The notes: generated from the sequence alone by a model not told the origin. 64,000 nt of DNA from Octopus vulgaris (GCA_951406725.2 OX597825.1:4960001-5024000); one strand, 5' to 3'; shown: positions 1 to 15,995, counted from the first letter of the stretch. Program-made: numbers and translations.

Positions 1-38
<38 letters not shown>

Positions 39-72
39 CATCATCATCATTATTATCATCATCATCATCATT

Positions 73-275
73 AAGGCATGAGGACAAAAAGCTAAGCGGA
101 ATTTCGTCCATCTTTACGTTCCAAGTTCAAAATCTCTCGAGGTCGACTTTGCCTTTCGTCGTTTCGAGGGATCGATAAAATATGTACAGGCTGAGCCCTG
201 GGATCGATGTAATCCACTTTCGCACCATCACCCCCAAATTACTGGCCTTGTGCCAAAAATTTGAAATCCCTATTA
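73..275 (+). mobile_element. SINE family A copy (degenerate)
   Basis: Core ttacgttccaagttcaaa..gaggtcgactttgcctttcgtc..gatcgataaaa and tail ggccttgtgccaaaaatttgaaa, shared with many copies in the window; follows (ATT/ATC)n. Confidence 0.8.
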
Positions 276-2060
276 TTATTTGTCTTAAAAATTATTCCTC
301 TCACAGTCATTGTCTGCTCTTTTGCGGCCTGGTAACCGTAACATTGTTAGAAACGGTATACTGTCGCGTTCGAGGCTAATTCCAGTAAAAGCGCCGATGG
401 TAGAATAAGAATTAGATTCCTTAGCTAAAGAGAATGCGAAATGTTTATTCTCTTATCGACTTAATTACAATAACACTTGCCGCCATCTTGAAGCAGAGCC
501 TACAATCCAAAATATTCGAGTGATTTTAAATGATCTTGTCTAGCTACTATTATATATCCATTATGAGGAAAGTCTTTTGTTGTTCTTGCAGTTGTCGCTA
601 CTGTTTCTTTACAGGTGTCCATCTTAGCTTTAGTTTTCCGTTTTATCGAACAGGATAAAGCTGAAATGGATCTAAAGTTAATAACCTGCCAATCATTGAG
701 CGACATTTGTATTCATATTATGAACTTCGCCAACCTACTTTCCTTTAAATACTGTTATTGATTCTTGTAGGGGAATTAACTAAATCTATATAATGTAGCC
801 ATACAGAAGCGGTTTTGTATAGTCGGGCTACAAATGCTCCAAGGAAGCTACAATCGTTATAATCTTCAACCTCGCCTTATTTGAAAACGGTGACAGATTT
901 CAAGTCTGTATAAAGAAAAAGGGTCGTATATTGTGTGAGAAAATGATGTCTGCAGCAACAATGACAATAATAATACACTAACAATTTGTTGTTGTTGTTG
1001 ATGATGAGGAGGAAAAGGATGATGATGATGATGATGATGATGACGACGATGATGATGGTGATGATGATGATGACGACGATGACGACGACGACGATGATGG
1101 TGATAACTGAACATAAATAAACGAAAGAAATACGGTAGGTATTTCCAACATTTTAACAATATTTTATGGCGTCTGATTTAAGCACAAGGCCAGGAAATTG
1201 TAGGGTTCCTTCGACACAGTCGACTCGATCCCACATATAAACCCAGGCACAGCAGAAAGGAATATGAAAGCAGCACATCACACACTATCAGAAATGAAAG
1301 GAAACTAAAGAAGAAGAAACAGACTGCGCCAAACCTAACACAGCAAACTCCAAATAACAGGAAAGACCTATTCTTAACAAAAATGAATGAATTTAGAAGC
1401 TTGAAGAATATGATCAACAAAATTGAATTAAAATTTGAAGAAATAAAGCATACATAAGGTAGACACACTGAAAACCAATAAAATATTGTACTCCATTAAA
1501 CAGCTCCAATCACAAAATTTAACCGAGCATCAGAAATAATTACAGCGCAAATAATGAAATTAATGTGACGTCCTTAAAGCAAATAAAATACACTTTATTA
1601 TGTATAACAGCAAGAGTACCGGACATGGTACTTAGGAAGAAAACTAATATACATAGACGCCTATATAGATACATACGTATGTATATACACAAATATATAC
1701 GAATCTATAGACACACATACATTCATACATACATACATTCATGTATATTAAGACGTGTATATTTTATATATATATATTCATATTTATATGTATATATATG
1801 CATATATAATCACGTGAATAAATATAAACAAGCAAACATTCGATTTGTTTATCTTTTATGAGCGCCGAAAGGTGTATATAGATACAAATAAGATAATATA
1901 TTTTCGAACGTAGAAACGCCGTTAGAACAGCAGAAACATTGGGTTAATTACCCTTACAATTATTTGTATATACATACATACATACATACATACATACATA
2001 CATACATACATACATACATACATACTACCTACATACATATATACATACATACATACATAC

Positions 2061-2093
<33 letters not shown>

Positions 2094-2162
2094 CATTATA
2101 TATCTATGTATATATATATACATACACACATTTATATATGTATATATATATATATATATATA

Positions 2163-2200
<38 letters not shown>

Positions 2201-3063
2201 CGGTATATAAAATGGTCGAATGAGGATTCGTCCCTTAATTGCATTAGTTTCAAAAAAGATTTCTAACATTGATTCTTCATATTTTACTTAGAATTTACTC
2301 GTGTAAAATGGCGCAGATATGAAAAGTTATATAAGTATATTAAGTACTTAATTCAAGTTATAGAACGAAGTTCGACGAATTCAATCATATTTTTCATAAA
2401 TGGAGGAGATTAGATGTTGATATGGGATAAAATATTTATTCAATTCGCTAGACAATCGTTTCGCACAGAAAGACAATAAATTCATTTTAAGAATCTGAGT
2501 TGTCAAAGATTATTCATCAGGAATAAGAAAAGATAATAATTTATTAAAGAAAAAGGTGGACTTTAGAATTACTTGTGTATCGTGTTCTTACTAATTCTTA
2601 ATATGTAATCGTTCTAGGTGTCATGTATTTTAAATAGACATGACTCCTAGAACAATCACACATAAAATATTAGTAAGAACACAATACCCATGTCAATTCT
2701 TGTCGCTAGCTTTTTATAGTTGCCCTGCCAGACTTGAGAGAACATTATTTTACGTTCTACTAGAAGTCCCTGGTTTAGAATTGTTACTTTACCAAAATTC
2801 TCTTTCAAATCAGGAAGAAATCCTGTGAATTGTGTACACATAGTAAGAATCCGCGCTTGCTTCGTACCTTCCAGAAGCCGACATTTCTGAAAGTACAAGT
2901 ACATCGGGTCTTTGTGGCAGTTGTCCTGCTCTTCCAGAGGAGGTGGCTTCCATCATCTGATGTCATCTTTCACAAGAAGTTCTCATGGAGGTAACCTTGG
3001 CTTCGCACATGGGTCTAGATTTTAATAAAGGTTTTGGTATGACTCCCTGTCGTTCCAAAAATT

Positions 3064-3172
3064 ACTTTGTCGCGGTGAAGTGTCTGTGTGCTCCGGAGAG
3101 CTATGCTGGAGAGAAATCTTCAGGCTGGTCTTACCAGGTCAGACAAGTCGAAGGATAGGAGACAGACAAAAC
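3064..3172 (+). mobile_element. RTE/BovB-like LINE 5' UTR remnant
   Basis: ttgtcgcggtgaag..gagctatgc..agacaagtcgaagg..agacaaaa resembles the recalled conserved 5' end of RTE-clade LINEs (TTGTCGTGGTGAAGGGG..GAGCTATGCC..GACAGGTC..GACAAAA). Confidence 0.55.
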
Positions 3173-4559
3173 CTTAACGACAATAAATCGAAGCGTCGGC
3201 AGCAGGGCGTGGATTTAGTTATCGGCAGGACCTGACAGACCAGATTCTTGGCTTTGAACTAGCAGGATGTCATCAGAAAATCTTGAATACAAGAGAATAG
3301 ATAAGACCCTAATATTCCTAGTTAGATGGAAACTGCGGGACCACATGGAGGACCACCCTGTGACTCCTGTAGTATGCGCAACCCAAACCCCTATGAATAA
3401 GGGGTATCCTATGGGACAACCTAGATGAGATGATATATATATATATACTTTTTTACTCTTATAGTTATTTCTGCGGTCATGCTGGAGTACCATCGTGGTG
3501 CTATAAATATATATATATAAACCCGAGGGGCTGCGCATGCTTGTGTGGTGTATTTGTATGTGGTATTTGTGTACATTTATGTATACACAACGGTTGTTTC
3601 AAGCGAAAATCAATATAGAAATGCTGGAATATCTTGATAGTACAGAAGAAGTGTGCCAAGAAGCTGTCACAATATCACACTTACCCAATAAAAACATTAG
3701 AAAAATGGAATTAAATTTTCTAGAAATAAATTCCATGGAAATAATTCAAAATTTTAGGAAATATATCTAAAAATTCAAATTTTGTATGTACCAGAGAAAA
3801 AAAATTATAAAATTTCTAAATGTGTATCGTCGCGTTTGAAAGACGTTCAGTCTGTTTTTAAAGTTAATCTCTTTGTTTGGTAAAACATCGTTTCGACATA
3901 GTTATGGTTTAACCCATCTTCAATGTTGATGAATAATGCTTTATGGGTGTTAATCAAGGTTATGTCTTCATAGCTGACATTTCTGTTAAACTGAAATCAA
4001 CAGAAAATACTCCATCTGGTGAGAGATGAATATTGTTTAATGTACACTGTACTTAGTTATGAGCTACTAATAGTTTCATACGTTGAAAATACTATCTAGA
4101 TAGGTTTTAAAACACGCCTAGAGTCTCAAAGTAATCTTAGGCTCTGGATTTATATAGGCTATTATACAAATCCGGACAATAAAACAAGAGAAATCACGAC
4201 GAGAGAACGAGATGAAGTGGGGTTGGAAAAGTGGAATGATAAAATAAAACGCAAAAAGAAAGGAGAAATGGGAAAAATATTAGAGTCGTAAGGCTAGATG
4301 GTGTAGAATTAACGGAAAGGGTCTAGAGTCTGTGATGGAGCTGTTCAATCCGGAGAGGGTGCTGTTCTCCAGTTCGACAAAAGACACTTGTCCATGTATT
4401 TGTATTTGCTAATAATTTCTGTTCTGGAATTCAGTAATGACCGGGGAGTTCTTTGATCTAAAAAATATATGCGACCTATCGGCTACCCATGCATACTTTA
4501 AACATAAGTAACCAAGGGTGGAACAAGTACGTTTATAACTTCAAGTGTTCCTGTATTGG

Positions 4560-4870
4560 TTGACGCGTGAGACAACCACCTTCAATGCATCGATCCATCG
4601 TAGATTTACCAGCTGAAGGTCTCTGTCGATCTTCTGGGGCCAGTTCATCTGAAGATGTCCCAACACCGTTACCTCTAAGGATTCCACTGGAGGACTTGCT
4701 TAGCAAATCTGTTCGTCAGAAGTCATACACGTCCTAACTCGGTTGATGAAGATTGGCCGTTGATCGGCTCTTCTTCAGACTTTTCGTTAATGATAAGGTC
4801 AATGCGTTTATTAAGGAAACTGTATAATACATAACCAAGGTAGGTGTATCATTGTTAAGCGACAGCCAGT
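4560..4870 (-). mobile_element. Decayed RTE-like LINE, C-terminal ORF region
   Basis: Minus-strand frames read ..FAKQVLQWNP.. and ..MNWPQKIDRDLQLVNLRWIDALKVVVSR.., like the post-RT tail of RTE-type LINEs; frameshifted. Confidence 0.55.
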
Positions 4871-5469
4871 GTTTATAATAGTTTTATATTGATGACAGTT
4901 AATCTATGACTTGAAATTAAACGATGGAGGATGCTCTTATACTTCTCTCATAGATGAATCAAGTATATGTAAGATCAATAGAACATTTTCTCCATTAATA
5001 TTTTAATTGGTTGATTAGAGTCTCTAAGTTAACGATATTACGACAGAGCGTTATACGATTATCAGTATAGTCTTTTTTATGTCAACGGTTAAAATGATCG
5101 AATCTTGTATAGAGTGAGAATTTGATATCTTTTAGAGAGAAGGAGGGTAATACTGGATGACAGGCAACGGTGACCTCGGAGGAATTTGAACTCAGAAGGT
5201 AAGGACGGACGAAATGCCGCTAAGCATTTTGCCCAGCGTGGAAGTTCTTCATCATATGACTGGTTCTTATTTTTCGAACACCATAGGATAAACTTCATAG
5301 TAAGTGCTGCATTTAGAAAAAAATTAGGGGAATCAGAATTCATTTCACAAGTAAGGATTTCATGAGCGAGTTTTACTTGGTAACATATACCAAAGTTTTG
5401 CAAATTGTTTTTAAGTGATTACATAACGCCGAACAGATATAGCCATATTCAGGGCTCCACTACTAATCC

Positions 5470-5648
5470 TTGACCCTGCAGGACATCCAGCGTGCAACAG
5501 CTGAAGGAGAAAGAAAGCTGCGTCAGTAACCAGCTTGTACTAATTTTCATCTGAGTTGATTGGAGTGATATAGGATGAGGCGCCTTGCTCAAAGACACAA
5601 CGTGCCTCCTGGTCCAGGACTTGAAGATTCGAACCACTAAGCCATGCG
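5470..5648 (-). mobile_element. SINE family D copy (tRNA head plus V-like domain)
   Basis: Minus strand: cgcatggcttagtggttcgaatc..gtgtctttgagcaaggc..actccaatcaactcagatg; A-box-like head; homologous to 8450-8670, 15535-15790 and 39130-39330. Confidence 0.7.
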
Positions 5649-5948
5649 TTTTAACTAAGACGGGAAATCTATCATATTTCAATCAATTGTAGAATTTCTG
5701 TGGTTTCTGCAGGTAGTAAAAGACACTCCTCTTTTGGATGGGCACGTTGCCCGGCAGTAGGAATTGAACTCACGTCTAATGACTAACAAATTATTTAATC
5801 AGTTTTTACAGCATTTACAGCAATAATACACGCCGTATTACTACCTATTTACACGAAGATAGAGTTGTTGAGAGTTAAGTGTCTCGACCAAAGAATAAAA
5901 AAAATGAAAAGAAGAAGAAAAACATTGTGTCGAATCGACTTGGTCATC

Positions 5949-5979
<31 letters not shown>

Positions 5980-6409
5980 TAAAAAAAGAAAACAGTCAAA
6001 TAATAACAAAACAAATTACAAAAGAGATATTAAATATTTGTGTTTATTATTCAGCTAAAAAAAAGAGAGAGAGAGAGAGGAATCGAAAACAACTATCGAA
6101 AAACAGTCGAAAACTAAAATATATATAGCAATAAAACCAATCAATACAAATATATTTATTTCCAGACATACAACATGTCAGGCAACAACTAGAACGACCA
6201 GCTTATTTTGGCGAACAGACGTCTGAATAAACAGACTTACTGACCATTCACAAGATTGAATAAAGCAGACGACCGATATAGATGTTGATTTCCAACTAAT
6301 TTTTATTTTTACCTGATTTTCTTCTTATCTCTTATCGTTTATCTGTCTATCATTCTATCTATCTCAAGTATACGCAACACTTACCATTTCCCACCACGTC
6401 TTTTTATAC

Positions 6410-6805
6410 TCGTTTTAGCCACTGGTCTGTGGCCATGCTGGGGCACTGCTTCGAAGTCTTTAGTTGAACAAACCGACCCTGGTATTTATTTTGAAGTCTG
6501 GTAATTATTCTCTTTTGCAGAACCGCAAACCTACGGAAACGTAAACAAAACAACATCGGTTATCAGGTATCAGAGAGAGAGAGAGAGAGAGAGAAACAAA
6601 AGCAAATAGACACACATACACATACCTGTATGTGTATGTGTGCGCGCGAGCAACGACGGACTTCCACTTCTAAATTCAATCACAAAGCATTATTAGATTA
6701 TTTGACCCGAGGCTTCAGTTGAAGACACTTTATTGTTTCATCGCGGAGCAATGAGACCGAACCCGAGAACAATGTGCCTGTAGAGCGAGCTTCTTAACCA
6801 TACAT
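6410..6805 (-). mobile_element. SINE family B copy (degenerate, internal microsatellite)
   Basis: gtggccatgctggggcac..cgaccc..gaaccg..(GA)n/(CA)n..gacccgaggct..gaagacact..ttcttaacca; reverse of 38672-39081. Confidence 0.75.
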
Positions 6806-6920
6806 CCTTTTCGTTGTCTTATTATTATTATTCTTTTCCGTCTGGTCGATTATTTCAGGGAAAGTGTGTAGGGTTATTTGAATTACATTACGGTAAATTA
6901 CAGACATTATTTTACCGCTT

Positions 6921-7305
6921 CGTTAGCACGCTGGGCGAAATGCTTAGTGGTTTTTCGTCTGTCGTTACGTTGTGAGTTCAAATTCCACCGAGGTCGACTT
7001 TGCCTTTCATCCTTTCGGAGTCGATAAATTAAGTACCAGTTACGCACTGGTGTCGATGTAATCGACTTAATCCGTTTGTCTGTAATTGTTTGTCGCCTCT
7101 GTGTTTAGCCACTTGTGGGTAGTAAAGAAATAGGTTTTTCGTCTGTCTTTACGTTCTGAGTTCAAATTCCGCCGAGGTCGACTTTGCCTTTCATCCTTTT
7201 GGAGTCGATAAATTAAGTACCAGTTGCGTAATAGGGTCAATCTAATCGACTGGCCTACCCCCACAAAAAAAAAACTTCGGGCCTTCTGCCTAGAGCAGAG
7301 AAGAT
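6921..7305 (+). mobile_element. SINE family A, young dimeric form with duplicated core
   Basis: Two successive gttcaaattcc..gaggtcgactttgcctttcatcctttcggagtcgataaattaagtaccag cores; same layout as 19911-20300. Confidence 0.9.
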
Positions 7306-7845
7306 TATATTACCGCTTCCTCGACCCAGCCCACCCCACCTAATGGTAATAAACTGACAGTGTGGTTAAAGCTTCAGACAAAATCTCTTACGTGATTCGT
7401 ACATGTTCGGTGAGATCTGAGTCAATTCTGCCCTTTATCTAGTGTAGATAAAATAATGGACCAATCAAATATCTACATTGAATCACTCTTTGGCGTTTTA
7501 CATACGTTAGAAGCTATTATTTTACGGAATCCAGACAACCAGAGATAAAGCAATTCCAACGGGATCCAAACTCAAAGGGAACCTAACCCAGAGATCCATC
7601 ATTTCTACAAACACACCAATGTTATCATTCTAAATGCTGATATTTTGTGGCTGAGCACAAGAGGGGAATATATTAAATTATATCGGCATTAGCACAAATA
7701 AGCCAGGCGATATACGGGGATTACAAGTGAGATATCGAATTAGCCATATTTTATGGCTTCAGTTATTTCTACACCTTTATCTACACACACTTTTTGAATA
7801 TGTAACTACGTTTGGCTGTTTACATATTCTTTCCTCTCTATTCTT

Positions 7846-7892
<47 letters not shown>

Positions 7893-7949
7893 TGTGTGCG
7901 TGCACTTCCATGCATATGTGTATATAGCGTTTGTATTTAATCTTTGATT

Positions 7950-8320
<371 letters not shown>

Positions 8321-8449
8321 ATTGAACTTGCCGTGAGGAGTAAAAAAAATGCAGCAAACCGGATAGCGTCCTTCTTCAAGGAACAGTTAAAAAGAGAAAA
8401 ACAAATGTGTGACAGTAGAATTTTACATTCTCTAATGGTTAGGTGCTGC

Positions 8450-8672
8450 TCTTCTCCACGCTACCAACGATGTCCAAGGAAATGGCAAAGGTCGATACGG
8501 CTTGGCACTAGTGACGTCACAAGTGAATTATTCACAAGTCATTTCTACGGCCGAGTGAACTGGAGCAACGTGAAATAAAGTGTCTTGCTCAAGAACACAA
8601 CACACAACCCGGACCGAGGATCGAATTCACCTCACGATTGTGAGCCCGACGCCCTAGCCAATGAGGCATGCA
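8450..8672 (-). mobile_element. SINE family D copy
   Basis: gagtgaactggagcaacgtgaaataaagtgtcttgctcaagaacacaac..gatcgaattcac..ccctagcca; tRNA-like head at right end. Confidence 0.8.
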
Positions 8673-8714
8673 CTTTCCCATATGCACACACACACACACA
8701 TCTTGAAGTAGTAC

Positions 8715-8945
8715 TTGTCTTCAAAGTGACTGGATTTGAGATCTTCTGATGCAGGTGAAGCAGCTACATCAAACGTTTTGCCGAACAACTGCAACCTGTT
8801 CATTGACAAGATCGTAGTAGAACCGAGACAGCAAGGAGGTTGAAAATGCACCACGGAAGCTCTATGAAATACTTCAAAATCTGATGTGAATTTGACTGCT
8901 TCTTGAGTTATCAAAAGACAAGAAAGGCTTTCCATGATATATTTC
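8715..8945 (+). mobile_element. Possible decayed restriction-like endonuclease tail of a CRE-type non-LTR element
   Basis: One frame reads RSSDAGEAATS..NNCNLF..VVEP..GG*..RQERLSMI, loosely like the AG.AA..F.P..VE..G..RQRLS tail of CRE/RLE elements; contains stops. Confidence 0.3.
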
Positions 8946-8967
8946 CTAAGTGGTAGTTCACTGGCAA

Positions 8968-9190
8968 GGCGGCGAGCTGGCAGAAACGTTAGCACGCCGG
9001 GCGAAATGCTGTTACGTTCTGAGTTCAAATTTCGCCGAGGTCGACTTTGCCTTTCATCCTTTCGGGGTCGATAAATTAAGTACCAGTTACGCACTGGGGT
9101 CGATATAATCGTCTAAATCCGTTTGTCTGTCCTTGTTTGTCCCCTCTGTGGGTAATGAAGAATTAGCTCCTTGTGGATAGTAAAGAATTT
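8968..9190 (+). mobile_element. SINE family A copy
   Basis: ggcggcgagctggcagaaacgttagcacgccgggcgaaatg head, gttcaaatt B-box-like motif, core, and tail gtttgtctgtccttgtttgtcccctctgtg. Confidence 0.9.
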
Positions 9191-9565
9191 GTGTTCGAAT
9201 CAGGCGGAATACATTAAGAATAAATATACAAATGGTCGTTTCGAATTGCAGTGTTCACCATGCGATTGACGGTTACTTACCGGTAGGCAGATATTAGCAT
9301 TGGTCATCGAACACTTTGATCGATGAAATAACAAGCAAGGCCATCGGTCCGTGTTTCATTCATAGGTGCGGGTACTTCTGGTTGACGAAACACTACAGGT
9401 CGAACTACCCGTATCTCGGAATCCCTTGAATGGGATGAACTCGGTGCATTATGGGCACGTAGACGTCGTAAAGAAGAGGCTGCTCTCCTGGGACGAATGC
9501 AACAGCTATTAGCCTATTTGCGTTCGAACATGCCGAACGTACGAAGAGTTAATATGCAAGTCATC

Positions 9566-10732
<1,167 letters not shown>

Positions 10733-12109
10733 ATGTGCACGTGTGTTCTGTTTTCAATGATAGATTCACAAATGCAATGAGACACTGGAATACTCGGCCA
10801 ACAAGATCAAAAGTAAAAAAACCCAAAAAACCAATGTCTTGGTAATTCTGTAGTTAATCGAACAATCGAACAAGTGGAAAATACTCAAGCTTTATAACCG
10901 ACGGAAGATCTATTTCCATTTTTATGTATTTGCTTATCTACCTATTTGTATAACTACCTGTCTTAGATGATTGCTTGTCTGTCCATCTGCCAATTCTTTT
11001 TTTTTATCTGTCTGTCCGTGTCTACTTCTCTTGTCTCTAATTTATTTTGATTTATTTGGTTATGTTCTCTGCTTCTTAACTTTTTCTTTCTCACACTGTT
11101 ATATATATTCTCCTTCCTTCCTTCCTCCTCCTCCTCCTCCTCCTCTCCTTTTTCTTCCTCTCCTCCTAATCTCTTCCTTCTCCCTCCTCCCCCGTCTGTC
11201 TGCTTACTCTCTCTTTTACTCAATTCCTCTCGTATTTATATTTATGATATTTTCCTGTAATCAAGTATTTGTCCTATCATCATCTCTTTGTTGCTTCCTC
11301 CTCCCCCACGTCGTGCTGTCTCACTCTTTCTCCCTCCTTCTCTCTCCCTCCTTCTCTCTCCCTCCTTCTCTCTCTCTCCCTCTCACTCGCTCTCACACAT
11401 ACACATACGCACACAACTTCAGCCTCCCTCTCTGACTATATATAATCGTCTTCAATCTTACCGTTCGTGTCTACGCTCACTCATTCATTCATTCTGTCTT
11501 TCCATCAAGCTATCTGTCTAACTATGTTATCGATCATTCTCTTTCTCTCTCTCTCTCTTTCTCTCTCTCTCACTCTCTCTCTCTCTCTTTGTATGTATGT
11601 ATGTATATATATATATATAATTATATATATGTAGGTAACTTTGTAGAAAATGGAAGTTTGTCCCTCGCATGCTTTTTCTTGTTTTTTCTCATTCAATATA
11701 AACATATACATACGTGTGTGTATTTGTGTGTGTGTGCGTGTGTGTAAAATGCAAGCATATGTAAACATATATGCATGTATGTATGTGCATATATATATAT
11801 ACACACACACGCACAGACGTTTCGTGCTGGTTGTAAGGAAGTCACAGGGTACTCAATGCTATTCTTGAAATTTATATTTTATTTTTTGGTCGGGTCAGTT
11901 TCTAGCCGAGTTTCACCCGTAGGTGCACAAGGCCTTCAAGAAAGTTATGTAATTTGCTTAAAGTCACTGTGCACCCCCAGACCAAACTCCGAGTAGCTAG
12001 AGATTAAGAGACTAACTCATATAAAATTATATATATATAGACACACACACAAACAAACAAACATACATGTTGTTGGTAATATTTTTCCTTCTCCGAACTT
12101 TTCCGTTTT

Positions 12110-12145
12110 TCTTTCTGACGTAGAGCTATGCTCGAAACGTCGAAA
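12110..12145 (+). ncRNA. Degenerate minimal type I hammerhead ribozyme motif
   Basis: tcttt-CTGACGTA-GAGCtatGCTC-GAAAC-GTC-gaaa; core deviates from CUGANGA; the downstream actaatacatt is shared with the 31046-31083 family. Confidence 0.5.
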
Positions 12146-12509
12146 ACTCTCCTTTTACCAAGTGTCAAACTAATACATTCCGCGTACACGTCCTCTTGTG
12201 TTTTTTTTGTTATTGTTATTTTTAAAGTTCGATTATCCAATATGACGATATAACAAAACAGGAAAGTAGAGACTTTTTGGTATTTTTTTAAAATTCTCCA
12301 TGGCAGGTGTTTCATTTACTAATAGGAATTACAAAGTTTAAAGCGTAAGTAATTTCCTACTAAAAGTTTTTCAGACCGAGAAAAAGTATTCCACATAGAT
12401 ATTATCTATCTATAATAACATTGATGTTCTTTTGTTAGGAATCGTAGCCATAATCGCGGGTAATGGATTAATGAGTTAGGTACAGCTTTTAGTAGTGTGA
12501 TCGAACGTC

Positions 12510-12990
12510 AATCAAGGCCAGCAGTTTCGGGAGAGGGAGTAAGTCGATTTCATCGACCCCAGAGTTTAGCTGGTACTTATTTTATCGACCCCGAAAAGTT
12601 GAAAAGCAAAGTCGACCGCGGCGGAATTTTAAATCAGAACGTAAAGACAGACGAAATACCGCTAAGCGTTTCGTTCAGTTTGCTAACGATTCTGCCAGCT
12701 CACCGCCCTCACCCGTTGTAATAATAATAATAATAATAATAATAACAATAATAATAATGATAATAATAATAATAATCTTTTCTAGTAAAGGCACACGCCC
12801 TGAAATTTGGGGTTGGGGAGGGGACTAGACGATTACATCAACTCCAGTGGTTCACTTAATTTATCGACTCCGAAAGGATGAAAGGCAGAGTCCACCTCGG
12901 CGGAATTTTACCTCAGAACGTAAAGACAGATGAAATTCTGCTAAGCGTTTCGCCCAGCGTGCTAACTATTCGGCCCGCTCGTCACCTTCA
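12510..12990 (-). mobile_element. Two tandem SINE family A copies separated by (AAT)n
   Basis: ggtacttattttatcgaccccgaaa..gtcgacc..cagaacgtaaagacagacgaaatacc..ctgccagctc, present twice. Confidence 0.85.
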
Positions 12991-12996
12991 CCCATT

Positions 12997-13059
<63 letters not shown>

Positions 13060-14345
13060 TATCGATCTAATATTTCACTGGTTCCATATGTTTACTAACC
13101 TCAGTAGTACAAAAGTGGGATTCACTTCGGATGAGATTTGAACAGAAATTAGAAAAAGCTGACTTAACCAAATATTGCTAAAGAATTTCTCTGGTGCTCC
13201 ACCGATCCCCCCCTCCAACCTCTACCAATAATTTCCGCCTCTCATCTTGAAAAAAAAAAATTTTTTTTGCATTAAGTCCTTTTATTTTCAATTTTATTTT
13301 AAATTTAACAGTTTCAACACTTTTCCCACCGAACAACGCCCCCACCACACGTATATACGCACGCATGCGCACATGCAAACTCCCACGCGTTCACACGCAC
13401 ATACATTCATATACACACTCACACAAACGCGCATACGCACAAATGCCAGCGCAGAAGTCTGCACGTGCTAATACGACCTGTTACGGAGAGTTGCGAAATC
13501 TCCTTGAAATCACGAATTGAACATCTCGGAAGAGAACACTTTATAACACAGGCATGGCTTTCCCAGTACATAAAAAAAATGACAGGATGGAACACCTTAG
13601 ATCATAGGTTTGCTCAGTTAGAGCAGACCTAGGGTTAAACAACACAGATACTTATATATATATATATATATATATGCATACAGACACATACATAAATATA
13701 TATACGTAAATATGTGTGTAGGTATGTATATGTATGTATCTATAAATGTATGTGTGTATACATGTATGTGTCTATTTATCTATATACACATACACACACA
13801 CACACTCTATCTCTCTATCTCTCTACCCCTCTCCCTTTCTCTCTCTCTCTACCCCCTCTCCTTCTCTCTTTCTCTCTCTCTCTTTATGACTTGTCGCTAT
13901 TTTCCTTTGTAATTGTGAAAACTCCCCTCTTACAGCTACTTTAACCCTTTACATTACAAACGCCCCCCCCACACACACACACACTTAGACACGCGCGCAC
14001 TTCTCCATCTTTGTCTCATCACTTCTCCTCCCACCTCTCATCTCTCTCTCTGTCTCTCGTTTCCTCTGTGCTCTCTGCAAATTTTCTCCTACCGCTCTTC
14101 TCTAACAATCTCTAACTACACAACTTCCGTTACTCTCTGATTGTGTCCACATCTCTGCACTTCTTTCAACTCACCCTACATCTCAAATTTATTTCTATTC
14201 CTACTCAAACTGTCTGCTCTTCCATTAAGTATCTGCAACCCCTTGTCTTTTTTTTCTCTTTTCTCCAGACATAGATTTTCTAATCTGTAATCCTACTCCC
14301 CAGTCTGTGCCATTTCACTATTTTTCAGTCTCAGAAGTGTTGTGC

Positions 14346-14405
<60 letters not shown>

Positions 14406-15111
14406 GTACATGCATACACACACACACACATATATATATATATACGTGTGTGTGTGTATATATATGTATACACACATAGTTGCAACGAAATGGCACGTAA
14501 AGAATAAATCAAGTCATATGCATGTTATATGCAACTGCATATGTGCATGTGTTTGTGTGTGTTTGTATGTGCACGTATGCATGCAAGTGTATGTAAGCAT
14601 TTGTATATATATATGTACATGTAGAAAATATTGCTTATATATATGTCTATGTGTGTGTATGCGTTCGTGTATGTGCGTGTTAAATTAAACGTACGAGTTC
14701 GATATTTCTCCGGACATTTATCAACGGTCCCAATATAAGAGATGTAGGTTAATTATACATACAAACATTTATCTCGGCAAGTAAAAACATCGTAAAATCT
14801 CGAATACTTTCACCCTATGTGTAAGTTTTTGCATTTAACATTCCTGACCTTTACAATTCAGTACTAAAATGCAACAAAGAGGCAGCGGTTATTTATGGTG
14901 GCCATAGAAATATTTGGTAAATATGACAACATTTATTCGCGTAATGTTTAGCTAAGTGCTCAATAAAGAAGAAAAATAATTCATTTTTAGATTGTTAGTG
15001 AAATATGAAAATAAATTTCATCGAATGCCAAATGCCACATGGAAAGGTAAAACAAGGCTTGTGCATTTGTAGGTGACAGAACACACACACACACACACAC
15101 TAACATATACA

Positions 15112-15171
<60 letters not shown>

Positions 15172-15338
15172 GATAGACACACTCTCTAGGATGTCTGGAA
15201 AACATATATGTGATTTAGCTGATGAATACTGGACATTTGTATTTGCTGCAATACTTGCAGCTTTAAATAAAATTGTTCTTGGTATGAAACAATTGTACTA
15301 AACTACTAATCCATTCTTGTTACTTTTTTCTTGGTTAT

Positions 15339-15455
<117 letters not shown>

Positions 15456-15534
15456 TATGTGTATATGTGCGTGTGTGTGTATGTATGTATGTATGTGTAT
15501 GAAGAAACGCACTTACACATATACGTGTGCATGA

Positions 15535-15790
15535 AGGTGCGTGGCCAAGTGAGAAAGGTTGTTGTCGCCCACACGATCGCAATGTCGCAGTTTCAATCCC
15601 CAGACTGTCGGTACGTTGTGTTTTGGAGCAAAACACTTGATTTCCCGTGGTTGCACACCATTCAGATGCAAATTAGTAACTCTGCGATTTACTGGAATTC
15701 CGTTCAGGGATAATGTTAGTCTACCAGCTCTAGCTAGCCGGAACATTACAAGTATGGGAAGAAACGCATTGTGACCAGCGTTGTATAACA
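15535..15790 (+). mobile_element. SINE family D copy (degenerate)
   Basis: aggtgcgtggccaagtg..tttcaatcccca..gttgtgttttggagcaaaacacttgatttcccgtggttgcaccattcagatg. Confidence 0.65.
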
Positions 15791-15920
15791 ACATTCAATT
15801 ATCTGCTCGATACAGTGATATATGTGTGTTTGTGTGCACGAGCGTGTTTATGTGTGTCCAATATACTGAATTTGTATGTATATGTTTTAAAATATATACA
15901 TGTATATACATGTATATATA

Positions 15921-15995
<75 letters not shown>

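Noticed and set aside
479-490. YY1-like motif gccgccatcttg
   Set aside because: A single short motif with no promoter context.
11899-11945. Minus-strand hammerhead-like string ttgaagg..acctacgggt-GAAAC
   Set aside because: Several core substitutions; not supportable without a family consensus.
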